Assembly (NCBI GenBank): GCA_937775205.1
Contig: CALKBX010000014.1
Coordinates: 1,054-65,053, forward strand
From: an uncultured Verrucomicrobiae bacterium
GTDB taxonomy: Bacteria > Verrucomicrobiota > Verrucomicrobiia > Limisphaerales > UBA1100
Direction: 5' to 3'
Length of the DNA stretch: 64,000 bases
Positions 47,142 to 57,287 of the stretch are shown one piece after another (the stretch's first letter is position 1; each line of letters begins with the position of its first letter). The notes below the pieces were generated by a model. That model was not told the DNA's origin and searched no databases. It saw nothing but the letters and a program-made list of their open reading frames with translations. The translations under genes and the position numbers were made by a program.

Positions 47142-48802
47142 ATTTTCCGCCGGAACAAATGGCGCGGCTGTATGACGGCGTGCGGGCGATTCATTCCACG
47201 CTGGAACCGGAGGCCGCATTGCGCTTGGTGGTGTGCGAGGCGGTGGGATTGGTGGGCGCCGCGAGCGGTTCGCTGGTGCTGGTGAACCCCAACACGGGGC
47301 GGTTGGAAATCGAGGTGTCGGAAGGCCCCGCGCCGGTGCTGGAGGAGGGCATCGCCGGCTGGGTGGTGCGGCATGGCGAATCACTGAGGGTGGGCAAGTC
47401 GGAGGCGGAAGACCGCTTCGCGTCTGCGCGGCCCGGCACGCAAAGCGAGCTGGCGGTGCCGTTGCGAATGGAGGGCTCGGTGCGGGGGGTCATCCATGTG
47501 GACGCCCCGGCGGCCGATGCGTTTTCTGAAATGGACCAGGTGCTGTTGGAGGAACTTGCGGTGCACGCCACGCAGGTCATTCATAACACGTGGCTTTACG
47601 AACAACTGCGCCAACGCACGGAACTTTTGGAATCGTTGGTGAGCGTGGGGCAGACGATTAACCGCACATTGAACCTCGATGACGTGCTGGAGGCGATCAC
47701 GCGCGAGGCGGCGGGGCTGGGCCGCGCGCGCGCGTGCTCGCTGCAGTTGCTCGATGCCACCAGCGAATGGCTCGAAGTGCGCGCGCAACACGGCGCGGGC
47801 ATCGATTACCAGCAACGGCCGCCGCTGAGCGTGGCGGAGAGTTTGATGGGCGCGGTGGTGCGCCGCCGCAAGCCGGTGCAAGTGGGCGACCTGCAAACTT
47901 CCGCGCAGTATCAGCACGCAGAAATCGCCCGGCGCGAGGGCTTTGTTTCGTTGCTCAGCGTGCCGCTGGTTTATTCGGAAGATTGCCTTGGCACGCTGAA
48001 TATTTACACGGCCGCGCCGCACGTTTTTTCCAATGAAGAAGTCAACACGCTGGCGGCACTGGCGGAACTCTCGGCGGTGGCGATTGAGAAAGCGCGGCTG
48101 TACGAACGCACGGTGGATGGGGAGGAGCAATTGCGCCGCAACGAACAACTCAGCGCGCTGGGATTGCTGGCGGCGGAGGTGGCGCACGAAATTCGCAACC
48201 CGCTTACGGTTATGAAGATGCTGTATCACTCGCTGGATTTGCAATTCCCCGAGGGCGACCCGCGCCGCGAGGATGCGCGCGTGTTGGGCGACAAGATGAA
48301 TCACCTCGATCGCATCGTGGATAACATCGTGAACTTCGCCCGTAACGCCGAGCCGCGGATGGCGCCGGTAGATGTGCCGGGGTTGATCGATGATTTGGCG
48401 CTGCTCACACGACACAAGTTGCAGCAGCATTCCATCGGCTTGGAGCGCGAGGACGCGCCGGATTTGTCCCTGGTGAAAGCCGATGCTACGCAACTTTCGC
48501 AGGCGTTTCTCAACGTGATTCTCAACGCCACCGAGGCCATGCCCGAAGGCGGGACACTGCGCATCACCACTCGTCGCGAGGACGGGGAGCTGCAAGTTGC
48601 CTTTGCCGACACCGGCCCGGGGATGACCGATGCTCAGCGCGCCCGCGCCTTCACCGGCATGCTCAGCACCACTAAGGAAAAAGGCGGCGGCCTGGGGCTC
48701 GCCATCGTGGCTAAGGTGGCCGAAGCCCACGGCGGGCGCGTGAAATTGGAATCAGTGGAAGGCCAAGGCACGGAGATAACAGTTTGTTTTGCGGCGGAAT
48801 AA
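47138..48802 (+). CDS. GAF-GAF sensor histidine kinase
   Basis: Two GAF domains, AHEIRNPL, NVILNA, DTGPG, GLGL. Confidence 0.9.
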   Translation: MNFPPEQMARLYDGVRAIHSTLEPEAALRLVVCEAVGLVGAASGSLVLVNPNTGRLEIEVSEGPAPVLEEGIAGWVVRHGESLRVGKSEAEDRFASARPGTQSELAVPLRMEGSVRGVIHVDAPAADAFSEMDQVLLEELAVHATQVIHNTWLYEQLRQRTELLESLVSVGQTINRTLNLDDVLEAITREAAGLGRARACSLQLLDATSEWLEVRAQHGAGIDYQQRPPLSVAESLMGAVVRRRKPVQVGDLQTSAQYQHAEIARREGFVSLLSVPLVYSEDCLGTLNIYTAAPHVFSNEEVNTLAALAELSAVAIEKARLYERTVDGEEQLRRNEQLSALGLLAAEVAHEIRNPLTVMKMLYHSLDLQFPEGDPRREDARVLGDKMNHLDRIVDNIVNFARNAEPRMAPVDVPGLIDDLALLTRHKLQQHSIGLEREDAPDLSLVKADATQLSQAFLNVILNATEAMPEGGTLRITTRREDGELQVAFADTGPGMTDAQRARAFTGMLSTTKEKGGGLGLAIVAKVAEAHGGRVKLESVEGQGTEITVCFAAE

Positions 48803-48887
48803 AAACCTGCGCATCAACTGAATGGATGATGATAGATTGTGACCAACTTGCGATTGCGCCCCGGCGGCAAGCCGGTAAACTGGACGG

Positions 48888-49232
48888 ATGAGAGGCTGGG
48901 CAATCGTTGCATTAGCAATCACCGCGAGTGTGGCCGGTTGTGGCGATGGTGGGCCCGACACCGAGGCGGGACGCCGGCACGCGGCTATCGTGGCCAAGCT
49001 CAAGGCGGTTGACCCGGGCATCCGGTCCGCCACGGATGTTTCCGCAGCCATTAAAAAATACGAAGCCGCCAACACGGAAATTCAAGCAATCAACGAACAA
49101 TTTCCAAATTCGGATGAGGCGGAAGAATTGACTCAAATATTAAAATGGGTGGAGGAGGAAGTGGCCCGGTTGAAAGTAATTCAGGAAGCCAACCAACCGC
49201 CGCCGACGAATCCGCCTGAATTTTATCAATAG
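48888..49232 (+). CDS. Hypothetical lipoprotein
   Basis: Lipobox VAGC; promoter-like TTGCGC/TAAACT just upstream. Confidence 0.6.
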   Translation: MRGWAIVALAITASVAGCGDGGPDTEAGRRHAAIVAKLKAVDPGIRSATDVSAAIKKYEAANTEIQAINEQFPNSDEAEELTQILKWVEEEVARLKVIQEANQPPPTNPPEFYQ

Positions 49233-49287
49233 CGAACGACTAAGGATTTATATTGTCGCACGCGCGTTCGGCCGCTATGTTTGATGT

Positions 49288-49494
49288 ATGCGGACATGGG
49301 AGCATCGGCAGCTGGACGCGCCTGAGAACGAGCTGGAGCAGGTGCTTCAGAGTTTTGGAGAAAACGGGTGGGAACTAGTGAGCGTGATTGATGAGACCAT
49401 CGACCCCAGCCGCCAAGCGGATCGCCGAATGTACCGCCTGTTTTTCAAGCGCCCCTTGAGCGAGGTGGAGCCGGGGGAAACCACAGAGGATTAA
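49288..49494 (+). CDS. DUF4177-like small protein
   Basis: WEH...LQSFGENGWELVSV...FFKRP. Confidence 0.7.
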   Translation: MRTWEHRQLDAPENELEQVLQSFGENGWELVSVIDETIDPSRQADRRMYRLFFKRPLSEVEPGETTED

Positions 49495-49868
49495 TTCTTC
49501 GGGGAGCCGTCGGCATTCCACGCGTGCAGTTCAACCGGGTCGCCTTCCTCATCCCAAGCCCGCACAAAAACCCGAACGCCCTGTTCGTATTTTTCTTCCC
49601 ACCGAAGAGTGTCCTGTCCGTAGACTACTCTGCCGGTGAAAATTTTGCCCGTGCCCGACTCATGCCAAAGGCCATCCGCTTGTCGTGAGATGGAGACGGA
49701 GTCGGGTTCTTGTTTCAGTGTCGGCTGAGTTTTGGAAAACTTCGGCACGGAATCGCCAATGTCGCTGTCATTTGTTTTGGGGGTATCTTTCGTGGCGGAA
49801 CTCTTTTTGGAACATCCTCCGGCCATCAGCAGCACAATCGCAGCCAGAATGAGCGATGCGGAATTCAT
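49491..49868 (-). CDS. Hypothetical lipoprotein
   Basis: Lipobox AGGC; DGLW...FTG motif. Confidence 0.6.
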   Translation of the reverse strand: MNSASLILAAIVLLMAGGCSKKSSATKDTPKTNDSDIGDSVPKFSKTQPTLKQEPDSVSISRQADGLWHESGTGKIFTGRVVYGQDTLRWEEKYEQGVRVFVRAWDEEGDPVELHAWNADGSPKN

Positions 49869-51685
49869 CGAATCACAAGACCCGGCGAATAATATTTTAT
49901 GTCATTCACCGCAGCTTGGGTGATGCGGGTGCGGCTCAATCTCAGGACGCGCAAACTGGCCCAGCCACTGAGATGCTGAGCGGCGGCATCGGTGATTTCC
50001 GTATCCGTGAGGTCCAGCTCGCGCGGCTGGAAAAGCACTGCCAAATGTTCGAGGTCGTCATTATCAATGAGCGTGTGCGCGAGGTTGAGCGTTAAGACCT
50101 CGCCCGTTATCGCGTGGCGTTCGAGCTTGCCACCCACGGCGCGAATGGCGGCCTCGGCGTTCAAACTGTTTTTCCGCAACGCCTCGGAGAATGGCCCTTG
50201 GGCTTTTCGTTTCATCTTGAGTCCGGACGTGACCACCGGCTGGCCGATGTTTGAGGAAATCAGGTTAGTGTAAATGATACTTGCCTGCCAGGCATCGAGG
50301 CCCTTCCATTTGAAACCCGTGTGGGGCAGCCGGTTGTTGCTCATGAAAGGCGGCCGGTCATGCGAGCCCTGAGTGGGATCCAATCCCAGATACCACGAAA
50401 GGGGCTGGTACGGGACGGTTTTTTTATAGAGAGGATCCTGAGCATTGAATCGGGTCCGAACAAGATGATCGCGGTGGTTCTTCGTGATGAGGGAGCGGAT
50501 GGCATGGTCTTTCGCGGCAAATCGTTCCACCCGCAACTGCCGCGCGCGCAGCATCGCGGTCTCACCCAAGTGATACGACTCGGCGCGTTTTTTCTTGAGG
50601 TCATCCATCTCCAATCGCGCGAAAGCCAACCATTGGATCACCAGCGCGTATTGTTCTGTGGAGGCCGCTGCCGGCTTGGCGCGCACGGCCGCGAGCAACT
50701 GATGAAATCGCTCACGGTTGGTATCCACAAACGGATTGAGGTGGTTGGTTAGTTTGGGTTGGGCCTGAAGTTTATACCAATTTTTCCAGCCCTTAAGCAG
50801 CATAGGAATTCCGCCGGGCCAGTTGGCCTGAACATTTCGGGCCCAATGGAGAGTGCGATCCCTCTGCCATTCGCTGCTGGTCTTGGCCCGGTGCAGAGAG
50901 GAGCGGAAAAAAAGCTGCGCGGACGGGTTGCCCAGAAAAAAATCCACCAATGATTGGGCAAGAAAATATCCGATCGCCGTGTTCCCAAACAAGGCTTCCC
51001 ATTCTTCATATTTCGTGGCGGCGATGAACTCGACAAATTGCTTCTCAGTCATATTTTGTACGCGTTCCATATGGTGCTGAAACTGATTCATCGTATCGAT
51101 TTTTTTGGACACGCCCAAATGTTGTTTGCGGTTCGAATACCACTCGGGCAATCCCTCCGAAAGCCACACCGGCATTACCCCGTAATCCGCCGCATGTACG
51201 GAGTGGCACATTTCATGGAGCAGCGTCGGCACAATTTCCCAAGGCATGTCATGCAGCCAATAACAAACAATCTCGGTTGGGAATTGCGGCGGCTTGGAAT
51301 GGTCGCCCGTAATTCGATTCACCTGATTATAGCTCGTGTTAAACCCCAGCGTTCCGGGCCCCACATTAATATCTTTTGATGCGGAGTACCGTTGATACGA
51401 CTTAAAATCGGGCAGAAAATCGATTTTGTAATGAAAATCATTCGGCACGGTAATCCCAATGGCACGGTATTTGGTGACGAGGAGTTCCCCCTCGCGCGCA
51501 ATATATTGTGCCAACGAAGCCGGAATCGCGGAACCGTGCGTGTTGATGTACACTCGGCCATATCGTTGGTAGCCCTGCTGACCGATGGCCGGGCCCGCTA
51601 GCAGCAGGAAAGCCAAAAGAGTGAACGCAAAAAAATCTCCGGGAAGGCACACTCGATACATTCGCTTGAATCCAAAAATATTCAT
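49865..51685 (-). CDS. Secreted HExxH zinc metallopeptidase-like protein (DUF1570/MA-like) with C-terminal LRRs
   Basis: LLHEMCH...WLSEGLPE; C-terminal LDLTDTEITD and LRLSRTRIT repeats. Confidence 0.7.
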   Translation of the reverse strand: MNIFGFKRMYRVCLPGDFFAFTLLAFLLLAGPAIGQQGYQRYGRVYINTHGSAIPASLAQYIAREGELLVTKYRAIGITVPNDFHYKIDFLPDFKSYQRYSASKDINVGPGTLGFNTSYNQVNRITGDHSKPPQFPTEIVCYWLHDMPWEIVPTLLHEMCHSVHAADYGVMPVWLSEGLPEWYSNRKQHLGVSKKIDTMNQFQHHMERVQNMTEKQFVEFIAATKYEEWEALFGNTAIGYFLAQSLVDFFLGNPSAQLFFRSSLHRAKTSSEWQRDRTLHWARNVQANWPGGIPMLLKGWKNWYKLQAQPKLTNHLNPFVDTNRERFHQLLAAVRAKPAAASTEQYALVIQWLAFARLEMDDLKKKRAESYHLGETAMLRARQLRVERFAAKDHAIRSLITKNHRDHLVRTRFNAQDPLYKKTVPYQPLSWYLGLDPTQGSHDRPPFMSNNRLPHTGFKWKGLDAWQASIIYTNLISSNIGQPVVTSGLKMKRKAQGPFSEALRKNSLNAEAAIRAVGGKLERHAITGEVLTLNLAHTLIDNDDLEHLAVLFQPRELDLTDTEITDAAAQHLSGWASLRVLRLSRTRITQAAVNDIKYYSPGLVIR

Positions 51686-51839
51686 AGTCGTGCGCGGCGT
51701 AAGTCTGCCTCAACCTACCATTCACTTCACGTACTCGCAACAGTCAATTTGATTCAATAAAACGAAGCAATGAATTTGCCCTTTCAATGCCCCGAAAGAC
51801 CACTATGTTTAAAGTAAGCGATGCATCGGGTTACGCACA

Positions 51840-52020
51840 AATCAGAATTATTATTTTGTCCCTCCTGCTGGAGGTGGGCTGTTGCTCACCCAGCGCCTCC
51901 GCGCCCGCTTTTTCACAGGCGCGGCCGGTCGTGGAGTTTTCGATCGTCACCCTCAACATCTCCCACGGGCGCAAGGCTAAGCTTACAGTGGTGTCTTGGC
52001 ATTTGGATTATGTTTCAGTA
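51840..52020 (+). pseudogene. Remnant of an endonuclease/exonuclease/phosphatase-family gene
   Basis: SIVTLNISHGRK joined almost directly to VVSWHLDY, two motifs normally far apart in EEP proteins. Confidence 0.45.
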
Positions 52021-52056
52021 GAAGCCCAATTTCAGGCAGCACAAAATTCTTGCCGC

Positions 52057-53367
52057 CTAAATAAACTCGTTGATCAAGTTCTCCAAAAATTCTTGGCGGC
52101 CGCTGGTGTTCGGCGTCACATCGCCTTTTTCGAGCATGTGAGTTTCGAGGCTCTTGAAGGTGGCTTTGCCTTCCTCGATGTCTTTGCCGATGCCGGTGTC
52201 CCAACTGGCGTAGCGGTCTTTCATGAACGCGGCCAAGCGGCCGTCGGCGCGGATGGCAGCTGCTATTTTTAGGCCGCGGGCGAAGGCGTCCATGCCGCCG
52301 ATGTGCGCGTGGAAAAGGTCGATGGGCTCATGGCTTTCGCGGCGCACTTTGGCATCAAAATTCACACCTCCCGGCGCGAGGCCGCCGTGTTTCATCACCG
52401 CGAGCATACATTTGGTGGTGAGATAAATATCGGTCGGGAATTGGTCGGTGTCCCAACCGAGCAACAGATCGCCGGTGTTGGCGTCCATCGAGCCGAGGAA
52501 ACCCTGCCCGCCGGCGAAGTCGATTTCGTGCTCCATCGAGTGGCCCGCCAGCGTGGCGTGATTGGTCTCGAGGTTCAGCTTCACGTGCTCTTCCAAACCA
52601 TAAGTGCGCAGGAAATTAATGCATGCCGCCGCATCGAAATCGTACTGATGCTTGGTTGGCTCCTTCGGCTTGGGCTCGAACATAAACTGGCCGGTGAAGC
52701 CAATCTCCTTCGCGTAATCCACCGCCATGTGCATGAACGCGGCGAGATGATCCAGCTCACGGTGCATATCCGTGTTCAGCCAATTTTGATACCCCTCGCG
52801 GCCGCCCCAAAACACGTAGCCTGCTCCGTCGAGATCCTTCGTCACCTCCAGCATCTTTTTCACCTGCGCCGCCGCAAATGCAAATGCGTCCGCATTGCAA
52901 CTCGTTGCCGCGCCGTGCATGTAGCGGGGGTTGCTGAATAAATTCGCCGTGCCCCAAAGCAGACGCTTCCCCGTCCGCGCCTGTTCCTCCTTCAGCACTG
53001 CCGCCACCGCATCGAGATTTGCATTGCTCTCCGCCAACGACGCCCCTTCCGGCGCCACATCGCGATCGTGAAAACAATAAAACGGCGCGCCAAGTTTCTC
53101 GAGAAACTCAAAAAATACCCGCACCCGATTCTGCGCATTCGCCACATCATCCGCGCCCTCCCAAGGACGCAAAGCCGTCCCCGGCCCGAAGGGATCCGCG
53201 CCGCCGCCGCGCATCGTGTGCCAATACGCCACGCCGAAGCGCAAGTGCTCCGTCATCGACTTGCCCTCGACTTGCTCGGTGGCGTTGTAGTGCTTAAAGG
53301 AGAGCGGGTTCTTGGAATCCGCGCCCTCATACTCGATTTTATTTACGTCGGGAAAAAATTCAGCCAT
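52057..53367 (-). CDS. xylA: Xylose isomerase
   Basis: AYWHT, FHDRD, WGGREGY, EPKPKEP, GWDTDQF, NFDAK. Confidence 0.96.
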   Translation of the reverse strand: MAEFFPDVNKIEYEGADSKNPLSFKHYNATEQVEGKSMTEHLRFGVAYWHTMRGGGADPFGPGTALRPWEGADDVANAQNRVRVFFEFLEKLGAPFYCFHDRDVAPEGASLAESNANLDAVAAVLKEEQARTGKRLLWGTANLFSNPRYMHGAATSCNADAFAFAAAQVKKMLEVTKDLDGAGYVFWGGREGYQNWLNTDMHRELDHLAAFMHMAVDYAKEIGFTGQFMFEPKPKEPTKHQYDFDAAACINFLRTYGLEEHVKLNLETNHATLAGHSMEHEIDFAGGQGFLGSMDANTGDLLLGWDTDQFPTDIYLTTKCMLAVMKHGGLAPGGVNFDAKVRRESHEPIDLFHAHIGGMDAFARGLKIAAAIRADGRLAAFMKDRYASWDTGIGKDIEEGKATFKSLETHMLEKGDVTPNTSGRQEFLENLINEFI

Positions 53368-53429
53368 GAGATTTAATGGGTTCGCGCGCATTGAAGGGAA
53401 CCGACGCGGCCAAGTCAAGGGAAAGGCAA

Positions 53430-54542
53430 CTACCAAACCTCCACCGGCCCTTTGGGGACGGGGATGGTTTTGCGTTTTTCGACGGCGGTTTCGGGTTCCT
53501 GCATGAACGAGGCGACCATGGGGGGGAGTTGGTATTGAGGGAGGAGATGGCCTTCCGTGTCAGTGAATTTTTCACGCCAGTCAAGGTAGTCGGCGAGGAC
53601 GGTTTCAAAATCGTCGCGAGTGCTGATTTGGACGACGGCCTTGTTGAAGGGCTTTGCGGGGCCGAAGCGTTTGGCGTACCACGGGGCGACTTTGCGGAAC
53701 ATCACGCTGCCGCGATTTTCGCCAAAGACTTCCACCATCAAATCGTAATGCCGGCGCAGCACGCGGATGCGTTCGTCAAAGGTCGGCTCGGGCAACAGCT
53801 CGCCGGTATCCATGAAGTGCTGCGTGTGTTTGAAAATCCACGGATTATAAAACGCCCCGCGCCCAATGCTCACGCCCGCGCAGCCAGTGGCCTCGAACAT
53901 ATGCTTCGCGGCCTCGGCGGTGGTGACATCGCCGTTGCCCACCACCGACAGGCTCGGCACGGCCTCGACGACTTTGCGAATGCCCTCGAGATTCACCGTG
54001 CCCTCAAACCCCTGCGCGCGCGTGCGGCCGTGGACGAAGATGGCGGCGATGCCGGCGTCCGCCAACGTGCGCGCCAGGTCGGGCGCGGTAAGATTTTGGT
54101 CATCCCAACCGAGCCGCATCTTGGCGGTGACGGGAATTTTCAGGGCATCGACCATGCCGCGCACGAGCGCGTGCGTTTTGTCCAGCTCAGTCATCATCGC
54201 CGAGCCGCCGCCGGTCTTCACCACCTTGCGCACGGGACAACCCATGTTGATGTCGATGGCCGAAATGCCGAGCGACTCGAGCTGCAGCGCCGCATCACGC
54301 ATCTCCTCCGGCACCGCGCCAAAGAGCTGCACCGCGAGCGGGCGGTCGGCGTCATTCGTCTCGATGAGCTTCAGCGCCTTCGGATTGCGCTCAATCAGCG
54401 AGCGGGCATTCACCAAATCCGTCGTGCACAAATCCACCCCGCCCACCTCGCGAATGACGAGCCGGAACGGCAGATTCGTATACCCCGCCAGCGGCGAAAG
54501 AAACAAATTCGACCGCAGCGTCAATGTGCCCATTTGAAACAT
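53430..54542 (-). CDS. dusB: tRNA-dihydrouridine synthase DusB
   Basis: SPLAGYT, QLFG, INMGCP, HGRTR, GNGDV, IGRGA. Confidence 0.93.
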   Translation of the reverse strand: MFQMGTLTLRSNLFLSPLAGYTNLPFRLVIREVGGVDLCTTDLVNARSLIERNPKALKLIETNDADRPLAVQLFGAVPEEMRDAALQLESLGISAIDINMGCPVRKVVKTGGGSAMMTELDKTHALVRGMVDALKIPVTAKMRLGWDDQNLTAPDLARTLADAGIAAIFVHGRTRAQGFEGTVNLEGIRKVVEAVPSLSVVGNGDVTTAEAAKHMFEATGCAGVSIGRGAFYNPWIFKHTQHFMDTGELLPEPTFDERIRVLRRHYDLMVEVFGENRGSVMFRKVAPWYAKRFGPAKPFNKAVVQISTRDDFETVLADYLDWREKFTDTEGHLLPQYQLPPMVASFMQEPETAVEKRKTIPVPKGPVEVW

Positions 54543-54579
54543 ATTGCCCGGAGATTTTAACAGAGATGCGGGAGGATTT

Positions 54580-55300
54580 TCAGGATAATAATTTTTCATC
54601 CTGAACATCGTGCGCATCCGTATTTTTTCCATAATAAATTTCCGCCAATCGCTGTGGTGATGCGCCGAGCCAGTAGCGGACGATGACAGCGGGTCATTAG
54701 CCAGTGGGTTTTGAGCGTGCCGTATTTGCGGAATTTGCGGGCGGAGGTGAGCACTGTGGCGGGCGCTAGTGCGAGGCGACCATGGGCGGCGAGGGTTTTG
54801 CAGAGTTCGAATTCTTCCATCAGCGGCACGTCGGGCACGCCGCCGCATTGCTCGAGCACATCGCGTTTCACGAAAATGGCTTGGTCGCCGAAGAGGCGGT
54901 TGGCGAGTGCCCACAGAAGCCAACAACGCAAACGCGAACCTGGCAACGCGCCGCCATCGCGAAAGCGTTTGTAAAAACCACCGGCAACCACCAGCGGTCG
55001 GGCGAGGGTTTCCGCAATGACCGCGCCCGCATTCTCCGGCAGCCAAGTGTCCGCGTGTAAAAAAAGAATAACGTCGCCGGAAGCCTGCTGCGCGCCGAGG
55101 CGAAGTTGCTTGCCGCGACTGGGTTCGCTTTCGAGGACGGTGCAGTTGTGTTCGCGTGCGATGGCTTTTGTGTCGTCTGTACTGCCGGCATCGACAACGA
55201 TGATTTCCTTCACCTCGGGAATGGCCCGCGCGCGCTTGAGCGTCTCAGGCAATTCGCTTGCCTCATTGAGCGTGGGGATGATGACCGACAGGGCCGGCAT
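54580..55300 (-). CDS. GT2 glycosyltransferase of the TIGR04283-like (rSAM-associated transferase 2) type; frameshift near 54688
   Basis: SVIIPTLNE, LFLHADT, GDQAIF, PLMEE, TSARK. Removing one base restores the tail YWLGASPQRLAEIY. Confidence 0.82.
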
Positions 55301-55303
55301 GGC

Positions 55304-56513
55304 CTAGTCGTCCTTCAAATTTTCGTACGCGCCGAAGTCGCTGAAGAAGTGTTTTTTGGCGAATTTGTAGATCCAGTTTTTTTCGGGGACTTGCTCGGTG
55401 CGGTTCCATTGGCTGGGGCGATTTTGCATGGCTTCGAGTTCGGGAAGGGCGGTTTTGCGGGCAGTGCCGTCGGGGGCGTCGTGTTTTTCGACGAACTCTT
55501 TCACCTTATCGGGGCGCTCGAGCATGATGCAGCCGCGCGTGGTTTCGCTGCTCATCTTTGCTGAAATCTTTTAGGTATTCGCTTTGCACGAAGACGTCAC
55601 GGATATGGCGGTCGTCGTTAATATTTTCCTTGGCGAATTGAATGATTGGACACGGCTCAATGGCGCCCCAAGGGCTGATGTGATGGCTGATGCCGGTGGC
55701 GGCGGGGCATAGCGCCTGTCCGTCGTCCATATAATAGGCGTCGATGAGCGCGAGCGGTTTTTCGCAACGCATGTTGACGACGAACTTGCGGATCTTGACT
55801 TGCTGCTCGGGCGTGAGGCAAAGCTGCTCGTTGGGCTCGGGGCCGACGGGGCGGTAGGTGTGATACCACGCGTACATCACGCCGAGGTCGATGAGCTTGT
55901 CGAGCCAACGTTCCTGCAGAAGGTCGTCGATGTTGTTTTGGCAAAGGCTCGTGGCCACGCCGGTGAGCAGTTTGTTTTCCACGCAGTTCAGAACGCCCTG
56001 CATGCTCTTGCTGTAAACATCCGCCTTGCCGCGCCGCTCGTCGCTGACCAGCTCGGTGCCCTCGATGGAAATGAGCGGGGTGACATTGCCCATCGCGCGC
56101 ATTTTTTTCGCCACCTCATCGGTGATGAACTGCCCATTGGTGAAAATCTGAAAATAACAATCGGGATGTTCCGCCAAAATATCGAGCAGTCCCTTGTACA
56201 TAAACGGCTCGCCGCCGAGGATGCCGAAGAAACTATTGCCCGCCTCGCTAGCCTCGCGGATGAGCCGGTGCAGTTGCTCCGCCTCAATCTTTTCCTGCTT
56301 CGCCGCGACGTCCACCCAGCAGCCTTGGCAGCGGAGGTTGCAGGAATTGAGCACGGATATGTAAAGGAACGGCGGAAAGTACTCGCCCTTTTTCAGCCCC
56401 TTTTTAAACCGCTGCACACTCCGCATCCCGCGCCAGCCGAAGTTGTAGGCAAACTTCCAGAGCAGACGCTTATCTGTCTCGAGCAAAACCCGTTTGGCCA
56501 TTCGGAGGTACAT
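55304..56513 (-). CDS. Radical SAM protein with SPASM/twitch-like C-terminus; frameshift near 55560
   Basis: CNLRCQGC, GGEP, FTNG, CPAA...EPCP; C-terminal piece GCIMLERPD lies in a second frame. Confidence 0.85.
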
Positions 56514-56532
56514 GCGCGGATTATCGTTCGCG

Positions 56533-56608
56533 AACGACCAATGATCAATGATCCAATGTCCAAGGGAATGGAGGGACGAGGGAGGGGGTGATTTGCGAAT
56601 TGCGAAAT
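56533..56608. repeat. Half copy of the heptamer repeat
   Basis: AACGACC-AATGATC-AATGATCC-AATGTCC, GAGGGAC/GAGGGAG and TTGCGAA x2. Confidence 0.55.
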
Positions 56609-56643
56609 TAAAGGAAAACGGACGGATGAAGGCCTCCATAGGG

Positions 56644-56856
56644 CTAGAACGGTTTGCCCGCGAGGTTGGCGAATAGTTCGTCGCGGCGGGTGCGGGCTTC
56701 ATCCACATCGTGCGTGCCGAGGCTTTTGCGGACGCGGCGTTTGGTGAAGTCGGCCATGTGCAGCGTGTAGTGCAGCCACCAGGTTCCGTGGTTGTTCCAC
56801 AGATGGTGGTCCGGATTCTTTCGGTTTACTCTTACTGACAGGGTTGGTGCTCTCAT
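56644..56856 (-). CDS. 70-aa basic protein resembling a standalone integrase arm-binding (beta3-alpha) domain
   Basis: NPDHHLWNNHGTWWLHYT...RRVRKSLGTHDVDEARTRRD. Confidence 0.75.
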   Translation of the reverse strand: MRAPTLSVRVNRKNPDHHLWNNHGTWWLHYTLHMADFTKRRVRKSLGTHDVDEARTRRDELFANLAGKPF

Positions 56857-56888
56857 TGTGCGCTTTCTCTAAAACGCTTCAGGTTCCG

Positions 56889-57051
56889 GAAATAAAAACG
56901 CCGCTTATGCAATGCAACATCGGCGGATCATTTCCCTGGAGTTTGTTGTTTAGGGCTGATGCCCCACACATCGGCAGATGACACAGTCACCTCCAAGGCC
57001 CTTGCTTGCTGCCGGTTGCCAGACTTATTTCAGGGCTCATTTCTGATGCGC
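56889..57051 (-). ncRNA. Structured cis-regulatory leader with terminator (riboswitch candidate)
   Basis: P1 CGCAUC/GAUGUG closes a multistem domain; terminator CGCCG...CGGCG-UUUUUAUUU ends ~33 nt before the ATG. Confidence 0.6.
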
Positions 57052-57287
57052 GGGGAGAAAAGCATAACTCCGCTAAAGCGAGGCAAGGATTTTTTCATCG
57101 GTCGTTTTCAGCTTAAAATCGCGCTTACATGTGCGAGATGCAGAAAGCAACCAGGAGCGTGACTCCGCCTATGCAGGCGAGAAACACTTTGTCGATTTTT
57201 GAAAGTTCAATCTTCATACCCTGTCAGACGGGAAACGATCGGCCATGTTACTGTTTGTTTTCGGGCTGGCTCATGGCATAAACGGGC

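Noticed and set aside
47381-48730. Long antisense ORFs (also 9680-10873, 32036-33196, 33943-35052, 53376-54560)
   Set aside because: Shadow ORFs opposite well-supported genes in GC-rich DNA, with no recognisable motifs.
54543-55046. Long N-terminal extension of DusB
   Set aside because: It overlaps the GT2 gene in another frame; DusB homology starts at about 54542.
56889-57051. Calling the leader a canonical SAM-I riboswitch
   Set aside because: It lacks AAGAG J1/2, the kink-turn P2 and the GGUGC strand; kept only as an unclassified candidate.
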